Source: Vicugna vicugna
Taxonomy: Eukaryota
Assembly (NCBI GenBank): GCA_013265495.1
Contig: MU059418.1
Location: forward strand, 3,022,773-3,086,772
Length of the DNA stretch: 64,000 bases
Direction: 5' to 3'
Shown: piece by piece, positions 34,701-43,800 of the stretch
Layout of the letters: every line of letters begins with the position of its first letter
Position numbering within the stretch: the first letter of the stretch is position 1
Translations under genes and position numbers: made by a program
Notes under the pieces: generated by a model
The model's database searches: none
What the model saw: the letters and a program-made list of their open reading frames with translations, nothing else
Told to the model about the DNA's origin: nothing

Positions 34701-37700
34701 GGCCCGGGCCCGCGTGGAGAAGCAGCGGGCTGAGGCAGCCCGGGAGTTGGAGGAGCTGAGTGAACGGCTGGAGGAGGCTGGCGGTGCGTCCGCGGGGCAG
34801 CGCGAGGGCTGCCGGAAGCGTGAGGCCGAGCTGGGACGGCTGCGGCGGGAACTGGAGGAGGCAGCCCTGCGGCATGAGGCCACGGTGGCTGCCCTGCGGC
34901 GCAAGCAGGCGGAGAGCGCGGCAGAGCTGGGCGAGCAGGTGGACAGTCTGCAGCGGGTGCGGCAGAAGCTGGAAAAAGAGAAGAGTGAGCTCCGCATGGA
35001 GGTGGATGACCTGGGTGCCAGTGTTGAAACTCTGGCCCGTGGCAAGGTGTCTGCCTCCCTTCTGATTCCAACCTCTGACCTGATGCTAGCATCCTATCCC
35101 GACTAAACCAGTCCTGACTCCAGCAGTTAACTCGACCCACTGACCCTTACCACCCCATGCCAATCTGACTCCACACTAGTCCTGACCCTGTATCTGACCC
35201 TGACCCCTGACCCATTCACATGGTACTCTGGTACTCAATCCAAACCCCACCAAAGTCCTGACCTCAAACCCTACCTCCTAAACTCTATGCCCTGACTCCT
35301 CGTGATTTTTGACCCAGCATCCGTCTTCAGTCCTCAGCCTCTGAATTCTGACCTAATACCTGTCCTGAATCCCAGCACCCAACCTTGACCCCTGACCTTT
35401 GTACCACCTGATCTTGACAAAAGACCTCTGACCACTGTCCCCAGCTGACTTTGGACTTTAGTATCCTAACCTCACCTTGACCCACTGGCCATGGGACTAG
35501 TCCAGCCCTCTCACTTTCGACACTCATCTTTTAAGCCGTAGTCCAGCAGTAGAACCACTGACCCTGAACTTGGGGTTCTGCTGTCCCTTTGATTCCTGGG
35601 CCTGTGTCTAGCCTTCTACTTCCTGACCCTGGGTCCCAGTCTGATTGGCAGTCCTAGATTCCTGCCCTGCGAGTCACAAACCTGTTCTGATCCCTGACCC
35701 TGGACCCCAGGCCAGTGCAGAGAAGCTGTGCCGGGCCTATGAGGATCAGCTGAGTGAGGCCAAGATCAAGGTGGAGGAGCTGCAGCGGCAACTGGCAGAT
35801 GCAAGCACCCAGCGTGGGCGGCTCCAAACTGAGAGTGGTGAGGCCAGGGGCTGGGTTGGGGCCACGCTGGGCCTTGGTGCTGCCCCTCACCCACCTGACC
35901 TGCTGGCTCACCCCTTGGCCTGCAGGGGAGCTGAGCCGCCTGCTTGAGGAGAAGGAGTCTCTGATTAGCCAGCTGAGCCGTGGGAAGGCCTTGGCCACCC
36001 AGAGCCTGGAGGAGCTGCGGAGGCAGCTGGAGGAGGAGAGCAAGGTGGACTGGCCTTTAGCTGCCACAGAGCAGCTCTGTGGGTGGGCTCAGGGACCTCC
36101 GGCCCAGCCTGATGCTGAGGTCACCGGGGTCTCTGCAGGCCAAGAGTGCACTGGCCCACGCTGTGCAGGCCTTAAGGCACGACTGTGACCTCCTGCGGGA
36201 GCAGCATGAGGAGGAGGCCGAGGCTCAGGCTGAGCTGCAGCGGCTGCTGTCCAAGGCCAATGCCGAGGTGGCCCAGTGGAGGAGCAAGTATGAGGCAGAT
36301 GCCATTCAGAGGACTGAGGAGCTGGAGGAAGCCAAGTGAGTGCCTTGCTAGGCAGGCCATCACCACAGGGATGACGTCCGCACCTCTGAGCCGCCGGGGT
36401 GAGGGGAGATGTTGGGCTCATCCTTCTGCCAACCTCCCGCGGCTGCACGTCCATGTCCTGTCTGCTCCTGTGGCCTAGAAAGAAGCTGGCGCTGCGGCTG
36501 CAGGAGGCAGAGGAGGGAGTAGAGGCTGCTCATGCCAAGTGCTCGTCGCTGGAGAAGGCCAAGCTGCGGCTGCAGACAGAGTCGGAGGACGTGACCCTGG
36601 AACTGGAGCGGGCCACCTCGGCGGCAGCCGCGCTGGACAAGAAGCAGCGGCACTTGGAGCGGGCGTTGGAAGAGCGGCGGCGGCAGGAGGAGGAGATGCA
36701 GCGGGAGTTGGAGGCGGCGCAGAGGGAGGCCCGCGGCCTGGGCACTGAGCTCTTCCGGCTGCGGCACAGTCACGAAGAGGCTCTTGAGGCCCTGGAGACG
36801 CTCAGGCGAGAGAACAAGAACCTGCAGGGTACGGCCCACCCCACGGTCAGAGCTCTGGGGTCACTGGGTGTCCCTTGGAGTCACACAGGGTGCCTGGGTG
36901 GGGTCACCCTGGAATTAGGGGTGATGGAAGTGACTGGGTCAGAGCACAAGCCATGGGACTGGCACTCAGTGACCTGTCCACTCTGCAGAGGAGATCAGTG
37001 ACCTCACGGACCAGGTCAGCCTCAGCGGGAAGAGCATCCAGGAGCTGGAGAAAGCCAAGAAGGCGCTGGAAGGGGAGAAGAGCGAGCTCCAGGCTGCACT
37101 GGAGGAGGCTGAGGTCAGGGGCTGGCTACAGGGACAGGGTAGACACCAACCTGCTGCTCCTGGCCTCCCCCCTCCACACACACTCATGGCTCCCACGCCA
37201 CACTGCCTGCTTTGCACCTCAGGGGACCCTGGAGCTGGAGGAGACCAAGACTCTGCGGATCCAGCTGGAGCTTTCCCAGGTCAAGGCTGAAGTGGACCGG
37301 AAACTGGCGGAGAAAGACGAGGAGTGCACTAACCTGAGGTGCAGGCCCACAGCACCCCCAACCCAACCACCTGAGAACAGGAGGGCAGGCACTGTTGGCT
37401 GAGCCCCACTGTGCGAGTGGCCTGGCACCTAGTCGTCCCCCCCTCCACCTTCCTCAGGTGGATATTATTGTCTGGTTTAGGGTGAACCTTGGAAAGGCCG
37501 AAGTTAGTTGTCCAAGGTTACACAGTAGGGGGAGCCAGAGTTCTGTCCGTCTCTTCTCTGAAGCCTCCCTCTTGTCCGTGAACTTGCTCTGATGGGCAAT
37601 AGGCAGTCACAAGGGGCTGGAAAGCAGGGAGGGATGAGTTACTATTCCCCACATGGGTTCGTGTTTCTAACTTTCCTTGGGCACTTGTAAGAGCAGGTGT

Positions 37701-39678
37701 GGTACCTGTGCCCACCCCGTTCTCACAGGCCATGACCCCTCCCTTTTGTCCTTTACAACCATAGGCGCAACCACCAGCGGGCAGTAGAGTCCCTGCAGGC
37801 CTCCCTGGATGCAGAGACTCGGGCCCGCAACGAGGCGCTGCGGCTCAAGAAGAAGATGGAGGGTGACCTTAACGACCTGGAGCTGCAGCTGGGCCATGCT
37901 ACCCGCCAGGCCACGGAGGCACAGGCAGCCACGCGGCTGCTGCAGGCCCAACTCAAGGAGGAGCAGGCGGGGCGGGACGAGGAGCAGCGGCTGGCGGCTG
38001 AGCTCCGAGAGCAGGCACAGGCCCTGGAGCGGAGGGCCGCCCTGCTGGCCTCAGAACTGGAAGAGCTGCGGGCTACCCTGGAGCAGGGCGAGCGCAGCCG
38101 GCGGCTGGCAGAACAGGAGCTGCTGGAGGCCACTGAGCGTCTCAACCTCCTTCATTCACAGGTGGGAGTTAGGGGGCTTCACAGGGGTGTGTGCGGCAGC
38201 AGCCTGCAGGCTGACTCTGAAGCTCTGCCTCCCCCCAGAACACAGGCCTCCTGAACCAGAAAAAGAAGCTAGAAGTGGATTTGGCCCAGCTGAGTGGGGA
38301 GGTAGAGGAGGCTGCCCAGGAAAGGCGGGAAGCCGAAGAGAAGGCCAAAAAGGCCATCACCGACGTGAGCCTGGGCTGGGGCGGGAGCTGGGGGGCCTGC
38401 AGCAGAGTCCAAAGTGACTTTCACCTCCCAACCATGCCACCTCCTCCCACATAGGCGGCCATGATGGCAGAGGAGCTGAAAAAGGAGCAGGACACGAGCG
38501 CACACTTGGAACGGATGAAGAAGACACTGGAACAAACCGTGCGGGAGCTGCAGGCACGGCTTGAGGAGGCAGAACAAGCTGCCCTCCGTGGCGGGAAGAA
38601 GCAGGTGCAGAAGCTGGAGGCCAAGGTGTGTGTGGCTCTCTCAGTTCCCTCCCCTGCAGGGTGGGCCGGCCCAGGGGTAGGCTCGGTGCACCAGGCCCAC
38701 ACACTGGCTGCTCGCAGGTACGGGAGCTGGAGGCCGAGCTCGACGCAGAGCAGAAGAAGCACGCTGAGGCCCTCAAGGGGGTGAGGAAACACGAGCGCCG
38801 GGTCAAGGAGCTCGCATACCAGGTGGGTGCCTGGGTCTACCTCAAGGGGCGGGCCTGGTGCAGGCCAAACCTGAAACCCCTTTGCCTGCCCAGGCCGAGG
38901 AGGACAGGAAGAACCTGGCTCGCATGCAGGACCTGGTGGACAAGCTGCAGAGCAAGGTTAAGAGCTACAAACGTCAGTTTGAAGAGGCGGTGAGTGCACT
39001 GGGTCTGGGCACCTGAGGCCCAGTACTGGTCAAGATGTCTGGTCACCCAACCTCAGCGGCTTGCCCCAGGCTCTGGAGTGGTCATCTCTGCTCCATCTCT
39101 AGGCCAGTTTCCCCAGCATTGGTTTTGTGTATAGGCAGGGGCAGTGACCCTGTTCAGTGACCCCACTGTCCCAGCTGGGAGACAGACAAGTTTCTAACAG
39201 CTCCAGCAGGAGACAAGACCTAGCTCTGTCTCTGCAGGGACACATGCTTTCCCTTCCAGGCCAGGTTGGGCATGTGGGCACCTCTGGAAGGAGAAGCTCA
39301 ACTCTCTCCCTTCCTGCAGTTGGGTGCTGGTGAGGGGGGAGAAGGGCTGCAGGCAGTGATGGGAGCAGAGTTGAAGGCCAGGAGCAGCCAGCCCCCTTCT
39401 GGGGGTGCTGTCTCCGTTACCAGATCTGCCTGTGCCCCCAGGAGCAGCAGGCCAGCACTAACCTGGCCAAGTATCGGAAGGCCCAGCATGAACTGGATGA
39501 TGCAGAGGAGCGGGCCGACATGGCGGAAACCCAGGCCAACAAGCTGCGGGCACGGACCCGGGATGCCCTGGGCCCCAAGGTAAGGGGGTGATGTGGGGCA
39601 CCCACCCTGCCCTCTGCCTGGGGGGGGCAGGTGGTACAGCTCACTCAGGCACCCCTTTCCCCTCAGCACAAGGAGTGA
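16591..39678 (+). CDS. MYH7B: Myosin heavy chain 7B, complete spliced CDS, 41 coding exons, 1941 aa
   Basis: Exons translate to a sarcomeric myosin: N-terminus [17 protein letters not shown]-loop GESGAGKT, switch I NDNSSRFGK, switch II DIAGFE, SH helix, converter, IQ, coiled-coil rod and C-terminus RDALGPKHKE*. All introns are GT-AG with matching phases; exon lengths sum to 5826 nt. Intronic miR-499 and tail-to-tail TRPC4AP match the known locus. Confidence 0.98.
17026..17035 (-). promoter_or_regulatory. Consensus MEF2 site CTAAAAATAA in the first coding intron of MYH7B
   Basis: TTATTTTTAG on +; a second near-site CTATTTATGA at 17087-17096. Confidence 0.45.
17223..17388 (+). mobile_element. 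MER91A-like non-autonomous hAT DNA transposon
   Basis: cagggccagcttcacgggtgtgc...ccatcttgaaatt...aacaagggg...ttatgtagctgg follows the MER91A consensus as recalled. Confidence 0.7.
17996..18102 (+). CDS. MYH7B: MYH7B coding exon 2 (GKKRVWVP...TKDQK)
   Basis: cccag|GG, AAG|gtttgg; 107 nt. Confidence 0.95.
18265..18408 (+). CDS. MYH7B: MYH7B coding exon 3 (VLTVREAE...RWMIY)
   Basis: ggcag|, TAC|gtgagc; 144 nt. Confidence 0.96.
18826..18982 (+). CDS. MYH7B: MYH7B coding exon 4 ([13 protein letters not shown]...NDMLR)
   Basis: ctcag|, A|gtaagg; 157 nt. Confidence 0.96.
19271..19298 (+). CDS. MYH7B: MYH7B coding exon 5 ([10 protein letters not shown])
   Basis: tccag|, AC|gtgagt; 28 nt. Confidence 0.95.
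19737..19772. repeat. (TG)18 microsatellite
   Basis: Uninterrupted dinucleotide run. Confidence 0.97.
20360..20456 (+). CDS. MYH7B: MYH7B coding exon 6, P-loop (GESGAGKT...GKKA), 97 nt; likely the regulated skipped exon
   Basis: Weak acceptor tttgtatcgtccaag|C and donor GCC|gtaaga; length is not a multiple of 3. Confidence 0.96.
22638..22661 (+). CDS. MYH7B: MYH7B coding exon 7, 24-nt loop-1 microexon (QFLATKTG)
   Basis: cttccag|CAA...GGA|gtaagt; bridges the frame between exons 6 and 8. Confidence 0.92.
22808..22900 (+). CDS. MYH7B: MYH7B coding exon 8 (GTLEDQ...NDNSSRF, switch I)
   Basis: accag|, TTT|gtgagt; 93 nt. Confidence 0.96.
23029..23092 (+). CDS. MYH7B: MYH7B coding exon 9 (GKFIRIHF...DIDS)
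   Basis: cacag|, T|gtgagt; 64 nt. Confidence 0.96.
24110..24208 (+). CDS. MYH7B: MYH7B coding exon 10 (YLLEKSRV...KPELQ)
   Basis: cctag|, G|gtgagg; 99 nt. Confidence 0.96.
24690..24793 (+). CDS. MYH7B: MYH7B coding exon 11 ([12 protein letters not shown]...MATD)
   Basis: cctag|, GAC|gtatgt; 104 nt. Confidence 0.96.
24903..25041 (+). CDS. MYH7B: MYH7B coding exon 12 (HAMDILGF...ADGTE)
   Basis: cacag|, A|gtgagg; 139 nt. Confidence 0.96.
25322..25440 (+). CDS. MYH7B: MYH7B coding exon 13 ([10 protein letters not shown]...SVEQ)
   Basis: cccag|, CAG|gtgagc; 119 nt. Confidence 0.96.
25533..25682 (+). CDS. MYH7B: MYH7B coding exon 14 (VVFAVGAL...DIAGFEIFE, switch II)
   Basis: tccag|, GAG|gtgaga; 150 nt. 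Confidence 0.96.
25872..26042 (+). CDS. MYH7B: MYH7B coding exon 15 (FNSFE...[N-run]...PCIDLIEK, relay helix)
   Basis: Both ends are visible; 171 nt = 57 codons, the size expected from orthologues; 25888-26017 is N. Confidence 0.88.
26090..26302. repeat. Degenerate TG-rich low-complexity tract
   Basis: Repeated gtgtgt/gtgagt units. Confidence 0.85.
27148..27327 (+). CDS. MYH7B: MYH7B coding exon 16 ([12 protein letters not shown]...HYAGV)
   Basis: tgcag|, GTG|gtaggt; 180 nt. Confidence 0.96.
27420..27552 (+). CDS. MYH7B: MYH7B coding exon 17 (VPYSIVGW...AGSCS)
   Basis: ggcag|, A|gtgggt; 133 nt. Confidence 0.96.
27633..27709 (+). CDS. MYH7B: MYH7B coding exon 18, loop 2 ([26 protein letters not shown])
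   Basis: cctag|, AAG|gtgagg; 77 nt. Confidence 0.96.
27781..27898 (+). ncRNA. MIR499: miR-499 precursor hairpin; 5p mature 27809-27829, 3p mature 27846-27867
   Basis: TTAAGACTTGCAGTGATGTTT and AACATCACAGCAAGTCTGTGCT match the known miR-499-5p and -3p; the arms are complementary; intronic in MYH7B. Confidence 0.98.
28150..28237 (+). CDS. MYH7B: MYH7B coding exon 19 ([10 protein letters not shown]...NKTP)
   Basis: cccag|, G|gtagtc; 88 nt. Confidence 0.96.
28423..28540 (+). CDS. MYH7B: MYH7B coding exon 20 ([31 protein letters not shown]..., SH2/SH1)
   Basis: tccag|, CG|gtaggt; 118 nt. Confidence 0.96.
29415..29745 (-). mobile_element. L1 3' end fragment (L1MA/L1MB-like)
   Basis: ttttagagcagttttaggtttacagcaaaattgaggggaaggtacagagatttcc... 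Confidence 0.75.
30257..30380 (+). CDS. MYH7B: MYH7B coding exon 21 ([10 protein letters not shown]...FGHTK, converter)
   Basis: cccag|, AAG|gtgggg; 124 nt. Confidence 0.96.
30492..30628 (+). CDS. MYH7B: MYH7B coding exon 22 (VFFKAGLL...LLGGR)
   Basis: cccag|, AG|gtgggt; 137 nt. Confidence 0.96.
30870..31110 (+). mobile_element. Cetartiodactyl-type L1 3' end with A-rich tail
   Basis: gggatagataaacaacaaggtcctactctatagcacaaggacctatattcaa...aacattgtaattcaattatacttccataaaa. Confidence 0.75.
31710..31965 (+). CDS. MYH7B: MYH7B coding exon 23 ([11 protein letters not shown]...LQLQA)
   Basis: cccag|, GCA|gtgagt; 256 nt. Confidence 0.96.
32914..33156 (+). CDS. MYH7B: MYH7B coding exon 24 ([10 protein letters not shown]...ATENK)
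   Basis: tccag|, AAG|gtgtgg; 243 nt. Confidence 0.96.
33719..33895 (+). CDS. MYH7B: MYH7B coding exon 25 (VKNLTEEM...QQVED)
   Basis: cacag|, GAT|gtgagt; 177 nt. Confidence 0.96.
33984..34129 (+). CDS. MYH7B: MYH7B coding exon 26 ([10 protein letters not shown]...EEKLK)
   Basis: tgcag|, AA|gtaggt; 146 nt. Confidence 0.96.
34489..34579 (+). CDS. MYH7B: MYH7B coding exon 27 (KDSELSQL...IKELQ)
   Basis: tctag|, CAG|gtgtgt; 91 nt. Confidence 0.95.
34657..35046 (+). CDS. MYH7B: MYH7B coding exon 28 ([10 protein letters not shown]...LARGK)
   Basis: cccag|, AAG|gtgtct; 390 nt. Confidence 0.96.
35047..35710 (+). repeat. Intron made of degenerate (C)CTGACC repeats
   Basis: About 16 TGACC and 21 TGAC on the + strand in 664 nt (manual count). 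Confidence 0.85.
35711..35837 (+). CDS. MYH7B: MYH7B coding exon 29 (ASAEKLCR...LQTES)
   Basis: cccag|, G|gtgagg; 127 nt. Confidence 0.96.
35926..36044 (+). CDS. MYH7B: MYH7B coding exon 30 ([10 protein letters not shown]...EEESK)
   Basis: tgcag|, AAG|gtggac; 119 nt. Confidence 0.96.
36139..36335 (+). CDS. MYH7B: MYH7B coding exon 31 (AKSALAHA...LEEAK)
   Basis: tgcag|, AA|gtgagt; 197 nt. Confidence 0.96.
36479..36828 (+). CDS. MYH7B: MYH7B coding exon 32 (KKLALRLQ...NKNLQ)
   Basis: cctag|, G|gtacgg; 350 nt. Confidence 0.96.
36989..37113 (+). CDS. MYH7B: MYH7B coding exon 33 ([10 protein letters not shown]...LEEAE)
   Basis: tgcag|, GAG|gtcagg; 125 nt. Confidence 0.96.
37223..37338 (+). CDS. 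MYH7B: MYH7B coding exon 34 (GTLELEETK...CTNLR)
   Basis: ctcag|, AG|gtgcag; 116 nt. Confidence 0.96.
37765..38161 (+). CDS. MYH7B: MYH7B coding exon 35 (RNHQRAVES...LLHSQ)
   Basis: catag|, CAG|gtggga; 397 nt. Confidence 0.96.
38239..38364 (+). CDS. MYH7B: MYH7B coding exon 36 (NTGLLNQKK...KAITD)
   Basis: cccag|, GAC|gtgagc; 126 nt. Confidence 0.96.
38455..38625 (+). CDS. MYH7B: MYH7B coding exon 37 ([10 protein letters not shown]...KLEAK)
   Basis: catag|, AAG|gtgtgt; 171 nt. Confidence 0.96.
38718..38822 (+). CDS. MYH7B: MYH7B coding exon 38 (VRELEAEL...ELAYQ)
   Basis: cgcag|, CAG|gtgggt; 105 nt. Confidence 0.96.
38894..38989 (+). CDS. MYH7B: MYH7B coding exon 39 (AEEDRKNL...QFEEA)
   Basis: cccag|, GCG|gtgagt; 96 nt. 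Confidence 0.96.
39442..39579 (+). CDS. MYH7B: MYH7B coding exon 40 (EQQASTNL...ALGPK)
   Basis: cccag|, AAG|gtaagg; 138 nt. Confidence 0.96.
39667..39678 (+). CDS. MYH7B: MYH7B coding exon 41 (HKE*), followed by an approximately 220-nt 3' UTR
   Basis: cctcag|CAC AAG GAG TGA. Confidence 0.92.
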   Translation, partial: HKE

Positions 39679-39871
39679 TACCTGCTGTCTGCCCCACCCT
39701 GATCCTGGTCTCTGTTCGCCCACATCTGCTGGAGCCTTGGCAGATCCAAGCCCTGCTACACCTCGAGTTAACACGTCTGCAGTTCCAACTGGGTTCCTTC
39801 TCATTCTCTGGGGTCCGGGAGGGGAGCACGTGGTCCCCTGGACAAAAGTCAGGTCCACATCAGTCATTTAA

Positions 39872-39877
39872 AATAAA
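39872..39877 (+). terminator. MYH7B polyadenylation signal AATAAA (a second + strand AATAAA at 39918-39923)
   Basis: Hexamer about 195 nt after the stop, followed by a T/GT-rich stretch. Confidence 0.8.
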
Positions 39878-39904
39878 GTTCTTTAATAGTCTCCATTTAA
39901 TTGG

Positions 39905-39910
39905 TTTATT
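39905..39910 (-). terminator. TRPC4AP polyadenylation signal AATAAA (reads tttatt on +)
   Basis: Hexamer at the distal end of the approximately 770-nt TRPC4AP 3' UTR. Confidence 0.75.
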
Positions 39911-40666
39911 TGTTGTTAATAAATTGGCAACACAAGGAGGGGCCAGGGTGTGCTCCTAGGCAGGCTCCTGTGCAGGCGGGCTCAGGCAGGAGACCCTGCG
40001 CTGGGGTGGGGGCAGGGCACAGCCACCAGTGCCCCAAGGGATGGAAGGAAAAGGCTCCCCCCTCCCACTTCTGAGGAAGGAACCCCCTGGGATGAATGAG
40101 CGGCCAATGAGCAAACAGAAACAGGAGCTAAAGGAAAACAAGGGAGGGAGTGAGGGAGGGGCAGATGGGCAGGCTTAGGGGAAGGTAGCATTCTCTGGTT
40201 TCCCCCACCCCTGCCCAGGGTGGGCTCAGAAGCCTTTGCCTGGGTCCAAAGGCCAGGGCAAGTTGGCTCACAGATTGGGGGAGGGTGCCCGTATCTCCCT
40301 CCCCACCCCAGGACTGACAGCCAAGAGACTGGGCAGGAGCTCAGACAGAGCTATTGTTAAAAGTCCCCTTTCCTCTGGGTGGGCCAGGGACCCAGGGTTC
40401 TCAAGGAAGGGTGGGCACAGTGCCCCTGTCCTCATCATGGAGATCTTGAGGGAAATGAGGTTCCCCAACGACCTGGGGCCCCCAGACCCGGGGCCAAGGG
40501 CTTCTAGACGCTCCCTCTCACCAAGCCTGTACCTGAAGACCTGGGGCAGGCAGAGAGCAGCGGGGAGGCAGGGGAAGGGTGGGGACAGGGCAGGGCGTGA
40601 GGCACGCGTACCCATGGTCACTCGCGCTGGCCCAGGCCCAGCAGCCTCCCGAGGCCTGGCCCAAGA

Positions 40667-40804
40667 TCACTCTTCGGTGAAGTCCCTGTCTATGTCCATG
40701 TAGGGCTCCTCAATGTAGCTGACAAGGGCAGAGGGTGACTGGCGGTCTGGGTTCAACAGGATGGACACGGTCTCCTTCCAGTATGAGAAGCTGATGCAGG
40801 AGCT
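40667..40804 (-). CDS. TRPC4AP: TRPC4AP last coding exon ([10 protein letters not shown]...DFTEE*)
   Basis: Acceptor cag; TGA at 40667-40669; 138 nt. Confidence 0.96.
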   Translation of the reverse strand, partial: SSCISFSYWKETVSILLNPDRQSPSALVSYIEEPYMDIDRDFTEE

Positions 40805-43800
40805 CTGGGTGAAGAGAGAGGGGCTGGGGGGGTGCACCTGGAGGACCGAGGTCAAGCCCGGAACCCCACAGGGAGGGCCTAGGTGAGGGACAAAGAGCCA
40901 CCTGTCACAGGGCCCAGGCGGGGACTGCGCACCCTGGAGGGCACTCACGTTCTCTAGGCAGGTGCTGTCTTTGTCCTTGTGCAGGTAATGCTGCTGCCAG
41001 AAGCGCAGCAGGTTGTGGAAGTTGTTGAGCAGGAAGCCGGGATACTTCTTGCTGTGTTCCATTCGCTGCAGCAGCCGCAGGTACAGGGGCAGCCGCTCTT
41101 TCCGTCGGGCCAGCATCAGGATCACCAGGCTGGTGTTGAGGCAGCTGACGTTTTCCTGCAAGGACCAGGCCGTCTGGGTCAGGTGTGTGCCGGCAGCCCC
41201 AGGGGCTCCCGGTGGACCTGGGCTGCCACTGGGCAGGGAGGCAGGTGTCTCTGGCAGAGTCCACAGGCCATGTGCTGAGTTGCCCCTGCACAAAGCTAAC
41301 AAAGCTGGGGAAAGGAATGATGCCAGCACTGCCAGCATCCCACCCTAAGCACCTTCCCAGTCCCTCACCCCACCCACCCCACCCCGGTGGGAACATCATT
41401 ATCAGGCCAGTTAGAGCCACTCTTCCTCTAGGACCAGTTCAGGTGCCGCTTCTTCCCGGGAACTTCCATCCCTGGGCGGCTAGGCACACGCACCAGATGC
41501 AGGCAGCTCACCTTCCTTCACTCAGCACTAGATTGCCAGCTTCACGAGGGAAGCGTCTCGGTCTGTTTTGTTCACTGTGCGCCCCAAGCCCAGGGCCTCG
41601 CCTCGCTAAATGTTTGTTAGATGAAGGAACAAAAGAACAACCTCTAGATGTATAGTATTACCCTGTTTTAAGAAAGAGGGGTGTGAAGCTTGGGGAAGGG
41701 ACAGCCGCACAGTTACCTGGTGCGGGAGGTGGGAGTCAATATCAGGTCCAGCCCCAAAGCCTGCACAGCAGGCGGGGCTCAGAGCACCAGGATGGGAGTC
41801 AGAACTCAGTGCCCAGCCTGACTCTGCCCTGAACCATCTGTGACCTTAGAGACTTGCTTCCTCCCCAGGCCCCTTCTCTAAAATGGGGCACTGATCCCTT
41901 ATTGGACAAAGTCCTCAGAATAGCTGGGAGGGTTTCCTAGGAGCCAAGAAGTGGGTCTCAGGGAAGGCACTTCCAGGTGAAGGTGGCTCGGGGATGAGGG
42001 TACCTGTTTCCGATCTCCCCTCCCTGCAGCAGGCCTGTGGGGCCTCTCACCTGGGTCAGCGTCTGCACATGGATGATGTTGATGAGGCGGAAGAGGAAGG
42101 ACATCTGTGTGGGAACCTGGGATATGTAGGCAAGCAGACGGCACTCGGACAGGACCTCCGCAACTAGGGACAGAGGCAGAGGTGTGAGCAGTGGGCTCAG
42201 AAGCTGGTCTGGGGCCTGACATCCAGCCTTCTAGTCCAGCCCCCCTTGGGCCCTGACTCTGAAGCTGGGAGGCCCTCGCTGTCAAAAGCACTGCAGAAGC
42301 CTGGCTGCAGCAGGAAGAAATCTCCAGCTGCCCTGCCAGCCCCACTAAGCCTGAGCTCTCATTAGAGGCCCCAGCAGGAGCTCCCCGCCACCTTTCCTCC
42401 AGTCACCCTCTGGGACTGCTCTCCCTGAGGCCCTCCCCAGGCTTCACCACCAGGGTCCCCCCTCATCCCAGGCAATTCCAGGCCAGGGAGGAAGAGTGTG
42501 TGTTGTTTTTTATTTTTTGGCAACAATAATTTTTTTTACCTTTATGAAAATGTTGCACATGCTCATCAGAGGAAACATGGATAAGAGAGAGAAGTAAATG
42601 CAGCAAAGAAAATCAGCCGGACAGCCACCGCCTTGATCCCAACCACATGGGTGTTTGGTGCAGCTACTTCCAGACATTTCTGTCTCCTTGCTAGAGGCTG
42701 GGTGTTTGACACCAGTGTGGCAGCCACATTGGGCTGACTCACCCAGGCATTACAGCTTTTTCCTACCTTTCATGTCCACCTGGTTTTCAAATCGGTCCAG
42801 GGACAGAGTGACGCAGCGCACCAGCATGTTGGAGTCTACCAGCGAGCTGTTGATCTGCTTCAGGAACACCTGGAACTGGAGCAGAGCCTGGACTCAAATG
42901 GGAGGTGGTGGGCTCATGGCTGGGGATGGCCAAGGCTCAGGGTGTACAGTCACAGCAGGGCACCCACCTACACTGGCCCAGCTGTTTCCAACCAGAAGAC
43001 CAAAACTCAGACAAACTAGGTGACCTGTTTTCACCTCCTAATAAGCAGCCCCAGGAAGAGCTCAACCCAGATCTTGACACCATGTCCAGTGCGTTTTACA
43101 CTAAAGGCCCCTCTCATTTTCACTTCCACTAGTATGAGCTGGGTTCTGCCACACCCCTATACCACCCACTGTGAGCCAACACAGCAGGCCCAGCCCTGCC
43201 CCTCTGGGGCTCATCACAGTATCCACCACACTGCATGAGAACCACTTCCACAGCCCACCTGCTTCACCCTCACACCTGCCCATGAGCAGCTGAGACTGTG
43301 ACCCCTGTACACCCAGGGTCTAGCACAGTGCCCAGCACAGAGCAAGGGCTCATGAATGTTTGCTGATGACTGCCCACTGACTCCCCAGGACTCTCTAATT
43401 TAAAACCAGCACCTGGAGACTGGCAAGGACCAGGACTCCAACATCATTTCTGGACAATGCAGCAAACCCCATGGAGGAGCCCTGGGTTAGACTTACCTTT
43501 GCATCAGTGTTGATGTATTTATTGAATCTCTTGAATGCATCAACATTAAACTTCATCAGCTCCCCCAGGAGGTCAAAGTAACTCTGCAGCACGTCCCTTG
43601 ACTTGCACTCACTGTCCACGATGCAGTACAGGATGTGCTGGGGGTAGGGAGGACAGGGTGAAGGAAGGAAGGAAGGTGGCCGGTCCCTGAGGCCAAGAGC
43701 ATGTGGCCGCTGCCCCTAGGCTGTGCTCATCTAAGCTGCCCACCACCTGCCTCCCCCAGGCCTGGCATGTAGCTCAGACCATACAACATTTGCTTCAAGC

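Noticed and set aside
31656-38792. Many long minus-strand or off-frame ORFs over the MYH7B rod exons (for example 34448-35140, 230 aa; 33665-34192; 37753-38145)
   Set aside because: These are shadows of GC-rich, CTG/GAG/CAG-biased coiled-coil codons, giving low-complexity Ser/Arg/Ala/Pro translations with no splice or domain support
16591-39678. Possibility that MYH7B is a pseudogene here
   Set aside because: All visible exons are stop-free and in phase, and the only unknown part is a length-preserving N-run
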